Assembly (NCBI GenBank): GCA_937864225.1
Contig: CALMJK010000004.1
Coordinates: 137,949-201,948, forward strand
Reading direction: 5' to 3'
Source of the DNA: an uncultured bacterium
Lineage (GTDB): Bacteria > Krumholzibacteriota > Krumholzibacteriia > LZORAL124-64-63
DNA: 64,000 nt
Positions 60,139 through 64,000 of this stretch are shown one piece after another (within the stretch, counting starts at the first letter, position 1; every line of letters begins with the position of its first letter). The notes under the pieces are model-generated. The model saw nothing but the letters and a program-made list of their open reading frames with translations. It was not told the origin of the DNA and made no database searches. Made by a program: the position numbers and the translations under genes.

Positions 60139-60936
60139 ATGCGTACTAACCGTTGGCGTTTGATTGGTATGGCTTTCTTGGTTGCGAGCACCGTGGCGGG
60201 CGCTGCCGTCGCGGCGACGCCTGATGTGAACGGCGCCATCGTCATCGAGCGCGTCTTCAACGACTGCCCGGGCTCGACGCTCACGGTCGTCAACGACTAT
60301 CCGTGGGAGATCATGATCCAGGACGTCGGCTCGAACTGCTACGGCTGGGCGAACCTGCACGTCTGGCGCATGGCCTATGACGGCGCCGAAGTGCTGTTCC
60401 CCAACGACAGCGCCTTCCGCATCTGCGGGAACCTGACGATCACGGGTGACGGCGCGGGCGAAGCCGGCCTGCAGATCGGGCCCTGGTGGTCCGAGGCGGA
60501 CGGGCGCTTCCAAGTGCGCTCGACGGACGGCGAGATCGCCTGCTGGGGCGGCCGTCTGCCGTTCTTCTCGTTCACGGCCACGTTCGGCGTGACCTACGTC
60601 AAGGGCAACACGATCAACCTTTGCATGACGTACCTGCCCGGTGATCTGGACGAGTCGAACCCCGGCACGATCCAGTACCAGGTCTTCTACGACGGCATGT
60701 TCTACAGCAGCGGTCGCCTGCCCTTCGACGAGGGCAACCCCTCCGAGCCCTACGGGCTGTGGGGCATTCTGGACGACGCCAAGGTCGGCGGCTTTTTCCA
60801 GCCGCTGTGGGCCTTGGGCGGCAATCCGAACGCCACGATCGCGGCCACCTTCAACGACATCTGCTGGCAGGACCTGTACGCTGTGCCGACCGAGGAATCG
60901 AGCTGGGGCCAGGTGAAGAGTCTCTACCGAGACTGA
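60139..60936 (+). CDS. Secreted Cys-containing beta-rich hypothetical protein with short C-terminal tag
   Basis: AAGGAG RBS, signal peptide, 6 Cys, ends AVPTEESSWGQVKSLYRD. Confidence 0.8.
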   Translation: MRTNRWRLIGMAFLVASTVAGAAVAATPDVNGAIVIERVFNDCPGSTLTVVNDYPWEIMIQDVGSNCYGWANLHVWRMAYDGAEVLFPNDSAFRICGNLTITGDGAGEAGLQIGPWWSEADGRFQVRSTDGEIACWGGRLPFFSFTATFGVTYVKGNTINLCMTYLPGDLDESNPGTIQYQVFYDGMFYSSGRLPFDEGNPSEPYGLWGILDDAKVGGFFQPLWALGGNPNATIAATFNDICWQDLYAVPTEESSWGQVKSLYRD

Positions 60937-60962
60937 TCGGCCCGGACCGACGAGAAGTCACG

Positions 60963-60990
60963 ACGGCCGCCTTCCCTGGAAGGCGGCCGT
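60963..60990. terminator. Bidirectional hairpin between convergent genes
   Basis: ACGGCCGCCTTCC-CT-GGAAGGCGGCCGT, a perfect 13-bp inverted repeat. Confidence 0.7.
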
Positions 60991-61008
60991 TGCCTTGAGC
61001 TGCGCCTC

Positions 61009-62316
61009 TCAGCACGCGAGCACGCGCCCGCCGACCACGACCGCCTTCGCCGCGGGCGGCTGGCACAGCACGAGGGCCGCCACGCGGTCGCCCACCTGTT
61101 CGTAGGCGGGGCCGTCGAGGGCGAACAACGCCAGGTCGCAAGCGCGGCCCGGCGCGATCGCGCCGATGTCGTCGCGCCCCAGGCAGGCGGCGCCGCCGAG
61201 CGTGGCCAGCTCCAGCGCCTCCTGCACGCGCAGAGCGGTCGGCCCGTGCGCGACCCGGTGCAGCAGGAGCGCCTGGCGCGCCTCGGCCAGCAGATTCGAC
61301 CCGTCGTTGCTGGCCGAGCCGTCCACGGCCAGGCCCACCGCGCAACCCGCGGCCCGCAGTTCGCGCACGCGGCAGATCCCCGAGCCCAGGCGCATGTTCG
61401 AGGTCGGGCAGTGCGCCACGCCGACGCCGGCGTCGCCCAGGCGGGCCACCTCCGCGTCGTCGAAGAAGATCCCGTGGGCCAGCCAGACGTCGGCGCCGAG
61501 CCAGCCGCAGGACTCGAGAAAGTCCAGCGGGCGCTGGCCGTACGTCGCCAAGCAGTAGGCGTCCTCGTCGCGCGTCTCGGCCAAGTGCGTGTGCAGCCTG
61601 ACCCCCAGGAGGCGGGCCAGGAGCGCCGTGTCGCGCATCAATTCGCGGCTGACCGAGAAGGGGGAGCAGGGGGCGAGCCCGACGCGGATCATCGCGCCGG
61701 GGCGCGGGTCGTGCCACTTCGCGACCAGGCGCTCGCTGTCCCTCAGGATCGCATCGGCGTCCTGGACCACGTCGTCGGGCGGCAGGCCGCCGTCCTTGCG
61801 CGAGCGCGACATCGAGCCGCGCGTGGGGTGGAAGCGGATACCGGCCTCGCGCGCCGCCTCGATCGTGATGTCGATGAGCTCGGCGGACGCCCCGCGCGGG
61901 AAGAGATAATGGTGATCGCTCGTCGTCGTGCAGCCGGACCGCATCAGTTCCTGAAAGCCGCACTTGGCGGCGCGGTGGAAGTCGGCGTCGCGCAGGTTCG
62001 CCCAGACCGGGTAGAGCGTGGTCAGCCAGTCGAACAGGCCGGCGTCCAGCGCGCCGGGCCAGGCCCGCGTGCGCGTCTGGAAGAGGTGGTGATGGGTGTT
62101 CACGAGACCGGGCAGCACCACGCAGCCGGCGGCGTCGAGGCGGCGCCAGCGGTCGCGCGGCACGCCGGCGATGACCGGCGGGCTCGGGCCGGCGCCGACC
62201 TGCGCGATCATCCCGTCCACGGCGGCCACCCAGCCGCGGTCGAGCTGCCGGCGGCGCTCGTCCATGGTGACGAGCGGCGCCGCGTTCTCCAACAGGAAGC
62301 GATCGCGATCGGGCAT
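61009..62316 (-). CDS. 8-oxoguanine deaminase-like amidohydrolase
   Basis: PGLVNTHHHLFQT, FHPTRGSM, LAPCSPFSV, HTHLAET, AHCPTSNMRLGSG and VDGSASND. Confidence 0.85.
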   Translation of the reverse strand: MPDRDRFLLENAAPLVTMDERRRQLDRGWVAAVDGMIAQVGAGPSPPVIAGVPRDRWRRLDAAGCVVLPGLVNTHHHLFQTRTRAWPGALDAGLFDWLTTLYPVWANLRDADFHRAAKCGFQELMRSGCTTTSDHHYLFPRGASAELIDITIEAAREAGIRFHPTRGSMSRSRKDGGLPPDDVVQDADAILRDSERLVAKWHDPRPGAMIRVGLAPCSPFSVSRELMRDTALLARLLGVRLHTHLAETRDEDAYCLATYGQRPLDFLESCGWLGADVWLAHGIFFDDAEVARLGDAGVGVAHCPTSNMRLGSGICRVRELRAAGCAVGLAVDGSASNDGSNLLAEARQALLLHRVAHGPTALRVQEALELATLGGAACLGRDDIGAIAPGRACDLALFALDGPAYEQVGDRVAALVLCQPPAAKAVVVGGRVLAC

Positions 62317-62354
62317 GTCTTCCCCGCGACGCGCGGCCGGTCGGACATTCGGCC

Positions 62355-62383
62355 TTGGGCGCGTTTCCCACGTCAGTTATACT
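62355..62383 (+). promoter_or_regulatory. sigma70 promoter of the xanthine-dehydrogenase-family operon
   Basis: TTGGGC-N17-TATACT, 64 nt upstream of the TTG start. Confidence 0.6.
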
Positions 62384-62447
62384 CGCCCGCAGCCGCGGGC
62401 GCCAGCGGCCGGAAGCGTGCCGCGGCCCCGCGCCGCCCGGAGAGACC

Positions 62448-63329
62448 TTGAAGAACCTGAGCGATTACCGCTACGCGCATTCGCCCGCCGAGGCCGTCGC
62501 GCTGCTGCGCGCCGGCCCGGGGCGGGGGCTTTACGTGGCCGGAGGCACCGACCTCTGGCTGGCCATGCCCCCGGGCATCGATTACGTGGTCGACATCAAC
62601 GGCGCCGGCCTTGCCGCCCTCGAGCGCACCGCAGCCGACGACCTGCGCCTCGGCGCGACCGCGACCCTGCAGCGGATCGCGACCTCACCGCTCTGCGCCC
62701 GCTACGCGGGCGGCGCAGTGGCCGACGCGGCGCGGGCTTGCGCCAATCGGCAGGTGCGCACCACGGCGACGCTCGGTGGAAATCTCTGCAATGCTCTGCC
62801 CGCCGCCGACATGGCGCCGATCCTGCTGGCCCTCGACGCGCGGATCCGGCTCGGAGACGGAGAGCGCGAGGAAACGCGGCCGCTGGACGATTTCTTCACC
62901 GGGCCGCGCCGCACCATCCTGGACGGCCGCCTGCTGCTCGCGGTGGAATTGCCGGCGCAGTGGGGCGCGGCGCGGGCCTGTGCCCGCAAGCTCACCCGTA
63001 CGGCCGAGGACATGGCGCTGGTGCACGTGGCCGTGGCTCTCGAACTGGACGGGCCGCTGATCCGCGCGGCCCGCATCGCGCTCGGTGCCGTGGCGCCGAT
63101 CCCCTGCCGCGCCACGGTCGCCGAAGACGCCCTGGTCGGGCTCAAGGTGACCGCCGCCAATGCCCCGTCCGCGATCGCGGCCGCGGCGCAATTGGCCGCC
63201 ATGCGCGCCGAGCCGATCGACGACCACCGCGCCTCGGCGGCCTACCGTCGCGCCATGGTCGCCGTGCTGGTGAAGCGCCTGGTGCGGGAGCTGACCGGAC
63301 TTCCATCGCTCGATGGAGAACGGCCATGA
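62448..63329 (+). CDS. Xanthine/CO dehydrogenase family FAD-binding subunit
   Basis: AGGTDL, VRTTATLGGNLCNALPAAD, RIALGAVAP and DDHRASAAYR. GGAGAG precedes TTG at 62448. Confidence 0.9.
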   Translation: MKNLSDYRYAHSPAEAVALLRAGPGRGLYVAGGTDLWLAMPPGIDYVVDINGAGLAALERTAADDLRLGATATLQRIATSPLCARYAGGAVADAARACANRQVRTTATLGGNLCNALPAADMAPILLALDARIRLGDGEREETRPLDDFFTGPRRTILDGRLLLAVELPAQWGAARACARKLTRTAEDMALVHVAVALELDGPLIRAARIALGAVAPIPCRATVAEDALVGLKVTAANAPSAIAAAAQLAAMRAEPIDDHRASAAYRRAMVAVLVKRLVRELTGLPSLDGERP

Positions 63330-63862
63330 AGGTGGAGCTGACCGTCAACGGCGCGCCGGTCGCCTGGGAGATCGCGCCCGGCGATCGGCTGCTCGATTCG
63401 CTGCGCGCGCACGGCTGCGCGTCCGTCAAGCGAGGCTGCGAGACGGGGGATTGCGGCTGCTGCACGATCCTGCTCGACGGCGAGCCGGCCGCCTCCTGCG
63501 TCGTGGCGACGGCGGCGGCCCGCGGCCGCAACGTCGTGACGCTCGAGGGGCTGCGCGGCGATCCCCTGCTCGCGCGGCTGCAGGAGGCATTTCTGGCCGA
63601 GGGCGCCGTGCAGTGCGGCTACTGCACGCCGGCGCTGCTGCTCGTGGCCTGGACGCTGCTGCAAAGCGGCGGACCCGTGGACGAGGCGACGGCGCGCCAT
63701 GCCCTCTCCGGATCGCTCTGCCGCTGCACCGGCTACGTGAAGCCGCTGCGGGCGCTGCTGGCGGTGGCCGGCCGCCCTGGGGCGCAACTGCGGGGGGGGC
63801 GGGGCGAGAACGGCCTGCGGGGGCGGCCCGCCGCGGCCCCGCGGGGGGAGGAACGGCCGTGA
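63326..63862 (+). CDS. Xanthine dehydrogenase family (2Fe-2S) subunit
   Basis: GCETGDCGCC, SC, VQCGYCTP and CRCTGY. ATGA overlap. Confidence 0.92.
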   Translation: MKVELTVNGAPVAWEIAPGDRLLDSLRAHGCASVKRGCETGDCGCCTILLDGEPAASCVVATAAARGRNVVTLEGLRGDPLLARLQEAFLAEGAVQCGYCTPALLLVAWTLLQSGGPVDEATARHALSGSLCRCTGYVKPLRALLAVAGRPGAQLRGGRGENGLRGRPAAAPRGEERP

Positions 63863-64000
63863 GCGTGGAGGCGCCCGAGCGCGCGGCCGGCCCGAACGGC
63901 GTGGTCGGCGCGAACGCGACGCGCGTGGACGGGCTGGCTCTTGTGCGCGGCGAGCCGGTCTTCACGGACGACGTCCATCCCGAGGGCATGCTCTGGGCCA
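63859..64000 (+). CDS. Molybdopterin-binding subunit, N-terminal fragment (truncated by window end)
   Basis: GTGA overlap; VVGANATRVDGLALVRGEPVFTDDVHPEGMLWA matches Mo-subunit N-termini. Confidence 0.8.
   Translation, partial: MSVEAPERAAGPNGVVGANATRVDGLALVRGEPVFTDDVHPEGMLWA

Noticed and set aside
63792-63799. G8 tract in the tail of the 2Fe-2S subunit (frameshift?)
   Set aside because: It lies after all Cys ligands, and the present frame ends in a GTGA overlap with the next gene, consistent with an intact operon.
1-64000. CRISPR arrays, tRNA/rRNA, IS elements, integrases, defence or toxin-antitoxin genes
   Set aside because: None recognisable by eye. There are no regularly spaced repeats, terminal inverted repeats or relevant protein motifs.

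Overview
A gene-dense, high-GC (about 70% by eye) bacterial chromosomal window with no tRNA/rRNA, CRISPR array, transposase or prophage. Five secreted proteins end in a FlgD-Ig/T9SS-like C-terminal domain, and the window also has a PorV/PorQ-like barrel and an ExbB-ExbD-ExbD-TonB operon. Together these point (inference) to a non-Bacteroidota FCB-group lineage such as Ca. Krumholzibacteriota, Eisenbacteria or Latescibacterota. Left part: GT4, marC, maeB, an orphan dnaE2-like polymerase, a Kgp-like gingipain plus M14 carboxypeptidase pair, a RudS-like desulfidase, an ssnA-ygeY-ygeW purine-catabolism operon with a ThrC-like PLP enzyme where YgeX would be expected, a GldAFG/DUF4340 ABC module and pyk. 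Centre-right (about 29-61 kb): a TonB motor operon beside a LacI-controlled, SusD-less glucan utilisation locus, probably for beta-1,2-glucan. It contains two GH144-like enzymes, an ABC importer, an uncharacterised six-hairpin glycosidase, GH1, a stand-alone Cgs-type GH94 and a tandem CBM9-like protein. Right end: 8-oxoguanine deaminase and a xanthine-dehydrogenase-family operon (truncated). Best candidates for an undescribed system: (1) the triad of TonB receptor, 1090-aa non-lipoprotein CTD cargo and dedicated PorV-like barrel, which may replace SusD; (2) a short C-terminal tag (AVPTEESSWGQVKSLYRD) that may be a second sorting signal. Regulatory elements read directly from the DNA include three matching LacI operators (one inside a gene) and a sigma70 promoter embedded in a gene's 3' end. 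All functional calls are motif recognition without database searches.
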